Of a DNA stretch of 64,000 bases, positions 29,455 to 39,332 are shown one piece after another. A model generated the notes under the pieces. The model did not search any database and was not told the origin of the DNA. It was given only the letters and a program-made list of their open reading frames with translations. The position numbers and the translations under genes were made by a program. The number at the start of each line of letters is the position of its first letter. Position 1 is the first letter of the stretch. The stretch is from an uncultured Nitrospiraceae bacterium (GTDB taxonomy: Bacteria > Nitrospirota > Nitrospiria > Nitrospirales > Nitrospiraceae). The stretch covers positions 544,001 to 608,000 of the forward strand of contig CAWJWJ010000001.1 of assembly GCA_963846575.1 (NCBI GenBank). The letters run 5' to 3'.

Positions 29455-30075
29455 ATGTATGCAACGTACATTTTCCCGCGACTCATGGACTGGGTGCTGC
29501 GAGGCCAACGTTTCCATACAGAACGGCAGCTCCTGCTTCACTCGGTGCAAGGAAACGTGTTGGAAATCGGCTTCGGTACCGGGCTCAATCTTCCACATTA
29601 TCCCTCCACGATCACGGCCCTGCACACGGTCGATCCTTCACCCATGTTGCCGGACAGGACGACTCGTCGTATCGCCGGCGTAGGGTTTCCCGTCCACCTC
29701 CGGCAGGTCAGTGCTGAACGATTGCCTTATGTGGACGAGACCTTTGATTGCGCCGTCAGCACCTTTACCCTCTGTACGATCCCGGACCCTGTCAGGGCGC
29801 TCCGCGAAGTGCGGCGAGTCCTGAAGCCGGACGGCCGCTTCCTCTTCCTGGAGCATGGCCGCAGCGACGATCCGGGCATCGTCCGATGGCAAGATCGACT
29901 CAATCCTCTTCAAAACCGGATAGGGTGCGGCTGCAATTTGAACCGGCGTATCGATCAACTGGTCGAGGCAGCCGGGCTGCACGTGACAGATCTCAACCGG
30001 TTTCTCCTCCCCGGCGTGCCGAGAATCGCGGCCGAAATGTACCGGGGCTCGGCTGTCCCGCGTGCGGAGCGCTGA
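29455..30075 (+). CDS. Class I SAM-dependent methyltransferase
   Basis: VLEIGFGTG, AE.LP..D.TFD, LCTIPD, LKP.G...FLEHG. Confidence 0.9.
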   Translation: MYATYIFPRLMDWVLRGQRFHTERQLLLHSVQGNVLEIGFGTGLNLPHYPSTITALHTVDPSPMLPDRTTRRIAGVGFPVHLRQVSAERLPYVDETFDCAVSTFTLCTIPDPVRALREVRRVLKPDGRFLFLEHGRSDDPGIVRWQDRLNPLQNRIGCGCNLNRRIDQLVEAAGLHVTDLNRFLLPGVPRIAAEMYRGSAVPRAER

Positions 30076-30185
30076 CCTCCGGAGGACGGCGCCGTTCCGG
30101 CGAAATTGAATCCCGGACCGTAATTTTGTACACTCGCCGCGCATTCTCCTGAGTCGGTGTATCTTCACAAGTGGGAGTGAACGAG

Positions 30186-33100
30186 ATGTCACGCTCGCAG
30201 TCATTCCCTGGCGCCCACGTCTCCTCGACTTCCGCTCCTCTTCAACAGACCGACGCGGCCCGGGAAACCAGCCTCTCCGCCCAACGGGTGACGCTGCTCT
30301 ACGAGGCGCTACCCTGGGCGCTCATGGCCAGCAGCGGGTGTGCCCTGGCCGTGGCCTTACTGAACTGGCATGTGCTCCCGCACGACGGTCTGCTCACGTG
30401 GCTGGCGTTCCAGCTCCTACTCAGTGCCGGCAGATATTCGTTGGTCCGCGCGTTCCGAGCCCGAACCATGGTCCCTGCCAGCACTCTGCGCTGGTACCGG
30501 CCGTTCGTGATTGGATCGGCGCTGGCCGGTCTCGGATGGGGGGCCTTTCCGTTATTTCTCTTTCCCGACTCCAGCCCGACTCATCAAGTGTTTCTGGCGT
30601 TTGTGCTGGGAGGGATCGCGGCGGGGGCCTCGTCGACGTTGGCGGCTCGGTTCGACGCCTTTCTTTCCTTCGCCGTGCCGATGCTGCTTCCACTCATCTT
30701 TCGATTCTTCGCCCTCGGCCAGGAGCAAGCCCAGCTGATGGCGATCTGCGCCCTGCTGTTTTCGTTTCTCATGGCGTACACCGCATTCCGCATGTCCCGC
30801 TCCATTTCGGAAGCCTTGCAGCTCAAATACAGCAACGCACAACTCGTGGATCAGCTTTCGGCGCAGTTGAGGGAGGGCGAACAAACCGAGCTGCTGCTCA
30901 ATGTGAACAACGAGCACCACCGATTTATCATGGAGTACGCCCAGGACATTATCTACCGCACCGACCAACGCGGACGCTTCACCTTCATCAACCCGGCCGT
31001 GGTCCGGCTTTTGGGCCATCACGAAACGGAGATGCTCGGACATAATGCGTTGGACTTCGTGCATCCGCAGTACCGCCGTCGCACGGAACAGTTCTACGCG
31101 CGGCAATTTCTGCGGCACATACCCAGCACCTATTACGAGTTCCCCCTGCTCACCAGGACCGGAACAACTGCATGGGTTGGACAAAACGTGCAGTTACTCC
31201 AACGGGATCAGGACGTCATCGGATTCCAAGCGGTATTGCGGGATATTTCCGCCAGAAAGCAGGCCGAGGAGGCACTCCGGTTCAGCCAGGACCGATACCG
31301 CGCGCTTTTCGAAAACAGCCCGGAGATGCTCCTCACGATCAACTCGCAGGGCACCATGCTCGCGGTCAACGCCACCACCGCGTCCGAGCTGGGGTACCAG
31401 ACGACGGAATTGATCGGTTGGCCCGTGAGCATGATCTTTCATCCGGATGATCGGACCCTGGCAGAAGAACAAATGGCCGGCTGTCTCCGGCGGCCGGGTG
31501 AGGTCCTGCGGTGGGAGCTGAGAAAAATAAGACGGGACGGAAGCATTCTCTGGGTTCGAGAGGCTGCCCGAGCGATTCGCAATTCGGACGCGACGTTCGA
31601 CCTCATCATCGTCTGCGAAAATGTCACGGAACGGAAGCTGATCGAGGACACCCTGACGCAGACGCGGCAGCTGCTGGAGTCCATCGTCGAGCACATTCCC
31701 CATATGGTCTTCCTCAAAGACGCAGAAGAACTGCGCTTCGTCCAGTTGAATAAAGCCGGGGAAGAGCTGATCGGACTGCCGCGCGGCGAACTCGTGGGCA
31801 AAAACGACTTCGACTTTTTCCCTCATGACCAGGCCGTCTTCTTCACGAACAAGGATCGCGAGGTGCTCGCCGGCCGCACGGTTCTTGATATTCCGGCCGA
31901 ACCCATCCAGACGAAGAAGTGGGGCATACGATGGCTCCATACCAAAAAAATCCCGCTGTATGATCAAGCCGGCGTGGCCCGTTACCTGCTGGGGATTTCA
32001 GAAGACATCACCGAACGGAAGCGACAGCAGGAAATCGAGCAGATGCGCCTGGTGCAACTGGAAATCCAGCAGTCGGTCCTGCACAACTTGGCGGAGCATC
32101 CGTCGATCCACAGCGGGCATCCTCAGGAGGCCTTTCCCGTCATCACTGAAAATGCGACTAGAACCTTTGGCGTCGAGCGAGCCGGCATCTGGCTGTTCGA
32201 CGACCGGCTGTCCGGTCTGGTGCTGCAAGATCTTTTCGAAGCCACGCCCAAGCAACATACCAACGGGACACATCTGTCGATCGACCGGTACCCCGGCTAT
32301 CTTCGCGCCCTGGAAACCGAAGCCTATTCCTTAGCTGCGCATGATGCCCGAACTGATCCGCGCACGTCCGAATTGACCTCCTCCTACCTGTCTCCAATGG
32401 GCATCGTGGCGATGTTAGACGCCCCGATCAGGCGGCAGGGCCGGGTCATCGGAGTGTTGTGTATCGAACACTTGAGTTCACCGAGGATGTGGACCGCGGA
32501 GGAACAGACCTTTGCCGGCTCCCTGGCCGCAATGGCGACGCTCACGTTGGAGGCTGCCGACCGCCGGCAGGCACAGGAGGCACTGGAACAACATGTCCGC
32601 GAACGCACAAGCGAGCTGCGGCGGACCACTGCGCACCTCCAGACCATTATCGAAGAATCGCCGTTGGCCATCGTCGAGCTGGATCAGGAAGGCCGCGTGA
32701 CAACCTGGAACGCCGCCGCCACCGCGCTGTTCGGCTGGACCAGGGATGAAGTGACGGGACAACAGGTCCCCTATGTGCCGCCCGGACAAGAGCAGGCATC
32801 CGACGATCTCTGGACGTCGGTGATGAGCGGCTCAGCGCCGAGGAATCTTGAACTCCGTCGTCAGCGAAAGGACGGAACGCTCATCGATGTGAACATGTGG
32901 GGGTCCCTCCTGCAGGGCTCGGGCAACCAGGCGACGGGGTCCATCGGTTTCTTCATCAACGTCACGGAACACAAACAACTCGAAGACCAACTACGGCAGG
33001 CCCACAAGATGGAAGGCATCGGCCGATTGGCCGGCGGGGTGGCCCACGACTTCAACAATCTACTGACCGTCATCAACGGCTCCGCCGCGCTTCTCTTGGA

Positions 33101-34130
33101 CCAGGTACGCGCCGAGGATCCGCTGCACATGTTGCTCACGGAGATCCTCGCTGCGGGGCAGCGGGCGGCCGCGCTGACGAAGCAACTGCTCGCATTCAGC
33201 CGGCGCCAGGTCCTGACCTTCCAGCTGTTCGATTTGAACGACGCATTGACCTCGACTACCTCAATGATCGAGCGACTGATCGGCGAGGACATCACACTGG
33301 TGCGAGACCTCCACCCTCGGCCTTGCACCATTCGCGCGGACCGCGGCCAGATCGATCAAGTGATCCTGAACGTGGCGGTGAATGCCAAGGATGCCATGCC
33401 CGAAGGAGGCCGACTGACCATTACGACCCGCCATGTCAGCATCACCCCCGAGCATCCGGCAGCCCAATCGGCCCTGGTGCCCGGAGCCTATGTGCACTTG
33501 ATGGTCCGGGACTCCGGTAAGGGCATGGATCGGGAAACCCTGTCGCACATTTTCGAGCCGTTCTTTACTACCAAGGAAGAAGGGAAGGGCACCGGCCTGG
33601 GATTGGCGACGGTGTACGGCATCGTCAAACAAAGCCATGGATTCATTTTCGCTGACAGCCGGCCTGATGCGGGCACGACGTTCGACCTGTACTTCCCGCT
33701 GGTGGACGAGCCCGTGGTGCACAGCCGCATCACGCCACCCTCCAAACCCCAGAGCGGATCGGAGACAATCCTGCTCGTCGAAGATCAGCAGGCGGTGCGG
33801 CTGCTATTGACCCAGGTTCTCACTGATTACGGGTACAAGCTGCTCGAAGCGTCCAACGGCCAGGAAGCGTTGCGGCTCGTCGCCGTCACTCGCGACCCCA
33901 TCCACCTCCTGGTCACCGATGTCGTCATGCCGCAGATGACCGGCCCCGCCTTGGCTGAACGCTTGCGGCGACAATGGCCCGGCCTGCGTGTCCTGTTCAT
34001 GTCGGGATATGCGGAGGGAACGGTGCTTCCGACCTTCCTCGCCGAGCCGGGAACCGGCTTTATCCAGAAGCCGTTCCTGCCTGCAGATCTGGCCAGGAAA
34101 CTGCGCGATCTACTCGACCCTGCCAAATGA
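30186..34130 (+). CDS. Hybrid sensor histidine kinase (multi-TM, PAS x3, GAF, PAS, HisKA, HATPase, receiver)
   Basis: AGGVAHDFNNLL H-box; N..VNAKDAM, DSGKGM, FFTTK, GTGLGL; receiver with LVED, TDVVMP, KPF. Confidence 0.92.
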   Translation: MSRSQSFPGAHVSSTSAPLQQTDAARETSLSAQRVTLLYEALPWALMASSGCALAVALLNWHVLPHDGLLTWLAFQLLLSAGRYSLVRAFRARTMVPASTLRWYRPFVIGSALAGLGWGAFPLFLFPDSSPTHQVFLAFVLGGIAAGASSTLAARFDAFLSFAVPMLLPLIFRFFALGQEQAQLMAICALLFSFLMAYTAFRMSRSISEALQLKYSNAQLVDQLSAQLREGEQTELLLNVNNEHHRFIMEYAQDIIYRTDQRGRFTFINPAVVRLLGHHETEMLGHNALDFVHPQYRRRTEQFYARQFLRHIPSTYYEFPLLTRTGTTAWVGQNVQLLQRDQDVIGFQAVLRDISARKQAEEALRFSQDRYRALFENSPEMLLTINSQGTMLAVNATTASELGYQTTELIGWPVSMIFHPDDRTLAEEQMAGCLRRPGEVLRWELRKIRRDGSILWVREAARAIRNSDATFDLIIVCENVTERKLIEDTLTQTRQLLESIVEHIPHMVFLKDAEELRFVQLNKAGEELIGLPRGELVGKNDFDFFPHDQAVFFTNKDREVLAGRTVLDIPAEPIQTKKWGIRWLHTKKIPLYDQAGVARYLLGISEDITERKRQQEIEQMRLVQLEIQQSVLHNLAEHPSIHSGHPQEAFPVITENATRTFGVERAGIWLFDDRLSGLVLQDLFEATPKQHTNGTHLSIDRYPGYLRALETEAYSLAAHDARTDPRTSELTSSYLSPMGIVAMLDAPIRRQGRVIGVLCIEHLSSPRMWTAEEQTFAGSLAAMATLTLEAADRRQAQEALEQHVRERTSELRRTTAHLQTIIEESPLAIVELDQEGRVTTWNAAATALFGWTRDEVTGQQVPYVPPGQEQASDDLWTSVMSGSAPRNLELRRQRKDGTLIDVNMWGSLLQGSGNQATGSIGFFINVTEHKQLEDQLRQAHKMEGIGRLAGGVAHDFNNLLTVINGSAALLLDQVRAEDPLHMLLTEILAAGQRAAALTKQLLAFSRRQVLTFQLFDLNDALTSTTSMIERLIGEDITLVRDLHPRPCTIRADRGQIDQVILNVAVNAKDAMPEGGRLTITTRHVSITPEHPAAQSALVPGAYVHLMVRDSGKGMDRETLSHIFEPFFTTKEEGKGTGLGLATVYGIVKQSHGFIFADSRPDAGTTFDLYFPLVDEPVVHSRITPPSKPQSGSETILLVEDQQAVRLLLTQVLTDYGYKLLEASNGQEALRLVAVTRDPIHLLVTDVVMPQMTGPALAERLRRQWPGLRVLFMSGYAEGTVLPTFLAEPGTGFIQKPFLPADLARKLRDLLDPAK

Positions 34131-34180
34131 CGAAGGACATAATCGGCTGGCTGGCATCGAGACCCGGCCATGACAGCCGG

Positions 34181-34867
34181 CTAGCCGGGAAGAATAGTCC
34201 GGAAACTTTCAATGGAAGCAAACCGCAGAGAAGGAACTGGTGAGGCCTGCGAACTCGACTTTGAGCGATGAAAAATCCGGCTGATCCCGAAGTGTTCGGC
34301 CGCTGCCAGGCATTGTTCATCATCATCGATGTACAGGGCCCGCGCCGGGTCAAAGCCGACCAACCGGCGGCAACTGGGCCAGTACTCCGACCGCATCTTG
34401 AGCCATCCGACTTCAAACGCGTCGACAATGCGATCCACTCGCTGATCCAGGCCCGTCTTGGCAGTTTTAACTGTCACGCCGGCACGATGGGCGTTCGTCA
34501 AAATCGTCACGCGTTTCCCCAGGCGGCGCAGGGCCGACAAGAACTCTTCGGCATCAGGGAGGAACCCGATCATATGGTCGAGCTCGCGATGCAGGGCGAC
34601 CACATCAATATCCACCCGTTCCGTCCAGTAGTGCAAATCAGTCCAGGCTAACTCGCCCTCCACGGAACGGTACATCGCCATCAGACGAGCGCGGGCTTCC
34701 TCGAAGGCCAGGTCATGCTTCACCGCATACCGTCTCGGCAGTTCTTCCTCGAAAAAAAAGTTGTCGAAGTGGCGGTCGAGCAACGTGCCATCCATGTCGA
34801 GCAACACATCGTCGATCTGACTCCAATCCACCGGCTGAGGGAACGCATCGGACCCTGTTATCTTCAT
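34181..34867 (-). CDS. HAD hydrolase, YrfG-like GMP/IMP nucleotidase
   Basis: W..ID.VLLDMDGTLLD.HFDN.F, LTNAH, IDD. Confidence 0.85.
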   Translation of the reverse strand: MKITGSDAFPQPVDWSQIDDVLLDMDGTLLDRHFDNFFFEEELPRRYAVKHDLAFEEARARLMAMYRSVEGELAWTDLHYWTERVDIDVVALHRELDHMIGFLPDAEEFLSALRRLGKRVTILTNAHRAGVTVKTAKTGLDQRVDRIVDAFEVGWLKMRSEYWPSCRRLVGFDPARALYIDDDEQCLAAAEHFGISRIFHRSKSSSQASPVPSLRFASIESFRTILPG

Positions 34868-34945
34868 TGCGGCAGTATAACGGAGCGGGTAACGACAAGA
34901 CGAGACATTGTGTTCCGTGAAATCTCTATGCTACCGTCGCACACA

Positions 34946-36322
34946 ATGTCTCGCACCAAAACCGCACATGGGCCTGTCGCGCCGCTGTTCACCCTCGAGG
35001 GCGGGCGCTTGCCCATCATCGCCATCATCGGACGGCCCAACGTCGGCAAATCGACCCTGTTCAACCGGATACTCGGCACGCGGGCTGCCATCGTCGACGA
35101 CGTGCCCGGCGTGACCAGGGACCGTAACTACGCCGATAGCGAGTATCGCAATCGCCGGTTCCGGCTGGTTGATACCGGCGGCCTCGACCCCACGGCCCAT
35201 GAGGGCATGTTGAGCCTGATCCGCCAACAGTCGCAGCTCGCCATCGCGGAGGCGGATATCCTGGTTCTCGTCCTCGACGCCCGATCCGGGCTCACCCCCC
35301 CGGATGAAGAAGTCGTCCGGACGCTCCGCGGGACCGACAAACCCGTCTTTTTCGTCATCAACAAGATCGATACGCCGAAAGCCGACCCCCTCATAGCCGA
35401 TTTCTATCGGCTGGGCCAGGACCAGCTCTATCCCCTGTCGGCCGAACATGGGATCGGCGTGGCGGAACTCCTGGATGACCTTTTTTCCCATATGGCCGAG
35501 CCGCCGGACGAAGAGACGCGCAGCGACATACCGCGCATCGCCATTGTGGGACGGCCGAATGTCGGCAAATCGACGTTGGTGAACTCCGTGCTGGGCGAAG
35601 CGCGCGTCGTGGTCAGCGACGTGCCGGGGACGACTCGCGATCCGGTGGATTCGGTCGCCACATTCAAGGACCGGCAGTATGTGCTGACCGACACGGCCGG
35701 AATCCGCCGGCGCGGTCGCGTCGAGCGCGGCATCGAAGGGTACAGCGTCGCCCGGTCGTTGCGTGCCATCGGCCGCTCGGATGTGGCAGTCCTCCTCCTC
35801 GACGCGGACGAGGGTGTGACTGAACAGGACACCAAAATTGCCGGTCTGGTGCTCAAGCAGGGACGCGCCTGCATCCTCGTGGTGAACAAGTGGGACCTCA
35901 AGAGCGACGATGTCGGAGCGCGGGAGGCGTACAAAGAAAATCTGGAGCGTCGCTTTCCCTTTCTGGCCTGGGCGCCGGTACTGTTCATTTCCGCGCTGGA
36001 GCAGGACTTTCTCCGTGGTCTCTTCGCACTGATCGATCAGGTCTATTTCTCGTTCTGCAAACGGGTCCCGACCGGCACCCTCAATCAATTCTTTCAATCG
36101 CTGCTCGAAACACACCCCTTGCCCGCCAGGAAGGGAAAACCTGCCAAAGCAAGTAAATCGGCCTTCGTTACGCAGGTAGCGACCAGGCCTCCGGCTTTCG
36201 CCCTCTTCGTGGGTCATCCCGACGACATGACGCCGGCCTATCTTCGTTTCCTCGAGAACCAGATTCGAAAGGAGTATCGTTTTTCCGGCACGCCACTTCG
36301 CCTGATGGTTCGTAAGAAATGA
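34946..36322 (+). CDS. der: Ribosome biogenesis GTPase Der (EngA)
   Basis: Two G-domains: GRPNVGKS twice, DTGG/DTAG, NKID/NKWD; C-terminal KH-like domain. Confidence 0.97.
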   Translation: MSRTKTAHGPVAPLFTLEGGRLPIIAIIGRPNVGKSTLFNRILGTRAAIVDDVPGVTRDRNYADSEYRNRRFRLVDTGGLDPTAHEGMLSLIRQQSQLAIAEADILVLVLDARSGLTPPDEEVVRTLRGTDKPVFFVINKIDTPKADPLIADFYRLGQDQLYPLSAEHGIGVAELLDDLFSHMAEPPDEETRSDIPRIAIVGRPNVGKSTLVNSVLGEARVVVSDVPGTTRDPVDSVATFKDRQYVLTDTAGIRRRGRVERGIEGYSVARSLRAIGRSDVAVLLLDADEGVTEQDTKIAGLVLKQGRACILVVNKWDLKSDDVGAREAYKENLERRFPFLAWAPVLFISALEQDFLRGLFALIDQVYFSFCKRVPTGTLNQFFQSLLETHPLPARKGKPAKASKSAFVTQVATRPPAFALFVGHPDDMTPAYLRFLENQIRKEYRFSGTPLRLMVRKK

Positions 36323-36692
36323 GATTGTTGTGCCGGACAGAGCTGCCCGACACCATCGGAGACCCGTTCGCCGTTTTGTGTTCTGACCCCGCACCCTGTG
36401 TTGAGATCTCCTGAAATTCCGTCCCCACAGAACTCCAGTGCGATGGAATCTCCTGCTTTGATGGCCGCATCCTCCACATCGATGCATACGCTGCCATCCC
36501 TGCCCTTGCAGCAACCAGCGCACAGCCCCTGAAGACCTTTCAACTTGACTCGTCCCGGTGAGCATGTTATTCGCACGGGTGGCCCGGAATGCCTCATCCG
36601 GCCAGACCGGATCCGCCACCAACGAAACAGTCCGGGTACACCACCACTCATTCGACGTCGTAGGACTTCCCGTCGATGAATCTCTGAGACAT

Positions 36693-37721
36693 ATGGCCAA
36701 TTTTACCTTCGCATTTCCGTTCCAATCAGTGCTGGGACGCGCCCTGCTCTCTCTCTGCATACTTGTCCCCTGCACATGGGCGCAAAGCGCCCCCCCCACT
36801 CCGGCCACGGAATCGACTCCGACCATGGAACCGACTCCGGCCATGGAACCGAACGAACCGCCCGCGCCGGAAGCTACGGAACCGTCTCCCATCCCGGTTT
36901 CTCCTTCCGGTCGAATCTCCGGCTCGATCTGGCGGTCCAAACCCGGCATCGTGTTCCTGCAAACCCCCATCGGACCCCTATCGCTCAGCTCGAAAACCAC
37001 GCTTCGCGACATTCGCGGCTCTCAGAAAATCACGCTCTGGATTCATGGGCCGAGCACGGTGATTGATATTCAGGAGAAGGGGGCCGGTACCCTGGTTCAC
37101 CGCTATATCACGGCAATGCCCAATTTCACCTCCCCGGAAAAGAAGACCGTGACCGTGTGGACACCGGAGGGTGAACAGCCCTTGGCGCTCGGAGCGTTCG
37201 AAGACAAGATTACGGCGCGGCCCGATCATCTCCCCTTCACGGTGGAAGTCGACCGGTCCGGCACGATCCGCGGGCTCCATGACGTTCAGTTTGATCTCCA
37301 AGTGAATCAGCTTCCCCGGTCGGCATCCCAGCTCCACCTGCTCTTGAATGGGACGGTCTCGAAACTGAAGTCGAACTATGTGTTCCTGAAGACCCCGCTG
37401 GGGATCGTCACCGTAAGTGGAAAAACCGGTGTACGGAACGCCAAGGTCGGGCAGGAGATGTCGGTCTGGGTCCGGGAACAACACGTGGCGATCGACTTGT
37501 ATCCGGACGGCCTCTCGGCACCGTCACGCCGGTTTTTGTCCGGCCCCTTGACCTACGCCTCCGGAGACCACAGTCAGCTCATCATGCAGACGCCGGAAGG
37601 AGAACAGTCCATTCCCCTCACGCAACGTCCTACCTCTCTCGCCGCGCTGAAGGAAGGCGTCCCGGTCACGATCGAACTCAACCAGCAGGGCGAGCTCGTC
37701 GATATCCGTCGGGTAAATTGA
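36693..37721 (+). CDS. Secreted hypothetical protein with Pro-rich linker and internally duplicated beta domains
   Basis: Signal peptide (TWA-Q); two similar halves, each with VFL.TP.G and TPEGEQ. Confidence 0.7.
   Translation: MANFTFAFPFQSVLGRALLSLCILVPCTWAQSAPPTPATESTPTMEPTPAMEPNEPPAPEATEPSPIPVSPSGRISGSIWRSKPGIVFLQTPIGPLSLSSKTTLRDIRGSQKITLWIHGPSTVIDIQEKGAGTLVHRYITAMPNFTSPEKKTVTVWTPEGEQPLALGAFEDKITARPDHLPFTVEVDRSGTIRGLHDVQFDLQVNQLPRSASQLHLLLNGTVSKLKSNYVFLKTPLGIVTVSGKTGVRNAKVGQEMSVWVREQHVAIDLYPDGLSAPSRRFLSGPLTYASGDHSQLIMQTPEGEQSIPLTQRPTSLAALKEGVPVTIELNQQGELVDIRRVN
36798..36851 (+). repeat. 18-bp tandem repeat x3 (coding TPATES/TPTMEP/TPAMEP)
   Basis: ACTCCGGCCACGGAATCG, ACTCCGACCATGGAACCG, ACTCCGGCCATGGAACCG. 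Confidence 0.85.
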
Positions 37722-37760
37722 CCGTTCAGGCTGGACGAAAACCTGCCTCCTCTCTCTCGC

Positions 37761-37789
37761 TTGACAGGGTGGAGCGCCGCCCGTAGACT
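37761..37789 (+). promoter_or_regulatory. Sigma70-type promoter of the ECF sigma operon
   Basis: TTGACA-N17-TAGACT, ending 10 nt before the ATG at 37800. Confidence 0.65.
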
Positions 37790-37799
37790 CGCCTCGCCT

Positions 37800-38432
37800 A
37801 TGTTGCCGAAGAAGAAAAGCCGCCGCGGAAACGACGACGGCCAGGAACCTTCTCCCTCCACCTCCGGCTCATTCGACCAGCTCTATCGCGAGCACATCGA
37901 CATCATGTACCGGTTCGCCTATCGACTGTGCGGCGAAGCCGAAGCGGCCAAAGACCTGGTCCAGGAGACCTTTCTGAACGCCTATCGTGCGTATGACCGG
38001 TTTCGGGGAGACGCACAGGTGTCGACCTGGCTTTATGCCATTGCGTCCCACGCCTGCCTCCGCATGCGCAGAAAACGAAAAGGCGAACCGGATCGCGAAT
38101 TGTCCCTGGAAGAATTCGTCCCGACCTCCGAGGGGGAGTTTGCTCTCCAGATTCCGATTGAAGGCCATAGCCCTCAGGAAGCCTTGGAGAATAAAGAGCT
38201 CCGCCAGATTCTCGATCGGGCCATCGGAAAATTACCGCCTAAATACCGCATGGTCCTGGTGCTCCGCGATATGGAAGGGTTGAGCGCCAAAGACGTGGGA
38301 GGCGTCCTCGGCTTGAACGAGCGCGCCGTCAAATCCCGTCTCCACCGCGCCCGGCTCTTCGTGAGAAAAGAACTCAGCGCGAGAGGAATTGCGAGCGAAT
38401 CGGACCGGACCCCTCACACCCGTCTCAAATAG
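37800..38432 (+). CDS. ECF-type RNA polymerase sigma factor
   Basis: DLVQETFL.AY, STWLY.IA, LP.KYR.VLVLRD.EGLS, VKSRLHRAR. Confidence 0.92.
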   Translation: MLPKKKSRRGNDDGQEPSPSTSGSFDQLYREHIDIMYRFAYRLCGEAEAAKDLVQETFLNAYRAYDRFRGDAQVSTWLYAIASHACLRMRRKRKGEPDRELSLEEFVPTSEGEFALQIPIEGHSPQEALENKELRQILDRAIGKLPPKYRMVLVLRDMEGLSAKDVGGVLGLNERAVKSRLHRARLFVRKELSARGIASESDRTPHTRLK

Positions 38433-38456
38433 TTTGGTATAGTCACGAAGGACACC

Positions 38457-38756
38457 ATGGCGGACCGAGTACGCACTTATCCAGGCACCCGGAACCCCAC
38501 CCCTCACCAGAGGCATGGGAAACGGCACTGCGTCAAGATTTTGGAACGGCTATCGGCCTATTTGGACGACGAGCTCTCCGGGGACGTCTGCAAGGAAATT
38601 CGCGTCCACCTCGGTGAATGTCCCAATTGCGAAGTGTTTCTCGATTCGCTCCGCCATACGGTGCAACTCTGTCAGCACCAGCCACCCCCCTCGCTATCCG
38701 CCAAGGACCGCGCGGCAATCAGGCGTCAGATTCTGAAGGGCGCGCAGTCGTCGTAA
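38457..38756 (+). CDS. Soluble zinc-binding anti-sigma factor (zf-HC2/ZAS)
   Basis: C....LSAYLDDEL......HLGECPNC (HxxxCxxC). Confidence 0.88.
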   Translation: MADRVRTYPGTRNPTPHQRHGKRHCVKILERLSAYLDDELSGDVCKEIRVHLGECPNCEVFLDSLRHTVQLCQHQPPPSLSAKDRAAIRRQILKGAQSS

Positions 38757-38773
38757 CCCGCTCAGATATTCCC

Positions 38774-39250
38774 ATGCCGCCGGTCTTGATACATTCGCAG
38801 ACGACCAGTGACGGCAGGCCCGTGAAGCCAGGAGCGAAGTCGAAGCAACCCAGGAAAGGCAAGACCGGTCGGCTCGCCGAGTGCTGTCTGCTGCTGTTCT
38901 TGTTTCTGTGCACCGGCGCCGGACTGGTCTTGGCTCAGGCCACCGAGGGGCTCGACCGGGGTCAGAGCACCTATCGCAAACATTGCATGGAATGCCACGG
39001 TCCGACCGGTAAGGGTGATGGGGTCAGGGCGCCGTCTCTGTCGCCTCGACCCGGCAACCTCGTATCGGCCGCTACTTCCGTCAAGACTGATCAGGAGTTG
39101 CTGCGCACCATCGCAGAAGGGAAATCGCGTACCGCCATGCCGGCCTGGGAAGGCGTGTTGTCCCCCGAAGATCAACAGGCGGTGCTTCAATATATTCGTT
39201 CGCTGGTTCGGTTCTCCCGCCCCCCGGCATTACCCTCCAGTGTTCCCTAA
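38774..39250 (+). CDS. Class I c-type cytochrome
   Basis: CMECH heme motif, G.GDG, distal AMPAW; hydrophobic signal. Start uncertain. Confidence 0.85.
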   Translation: MPPVLIHSQTTSDGRPVKPGAKSKQPRKGKTGRLAECCLLLFLFLCTGAGLVLAQATEGLDRGQSTYRKHCMECHGPTGKGDGVRAPSLSPRPGNLVSAATSVKTDQELLRTIAEGKSRTAMPAWEGVLSPEDQQAVLQYIRSLVRFSRPPALPSSVP

Positions 39251-39332
39251 ACCCGGCTGCATCAGACCTCTTTCGTCTTAAAAGAGCCTCGTGGTACAGT
39301 GGCCTTCTTTATCGCTATCGGAGGTCGTTCGT

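Noticed and set aside
36798..36851. CRISPR-like repeats
   Set aside because: Contiguous 18-bp coding repeats without spacers and with no cas genes nearby.
34931..37012. 693-aa minus-strand ORF
   Set aside because: Antisense shadow of der and the next gene; no recognisable motifs; such ORFs are expected in GC-rich DNA.
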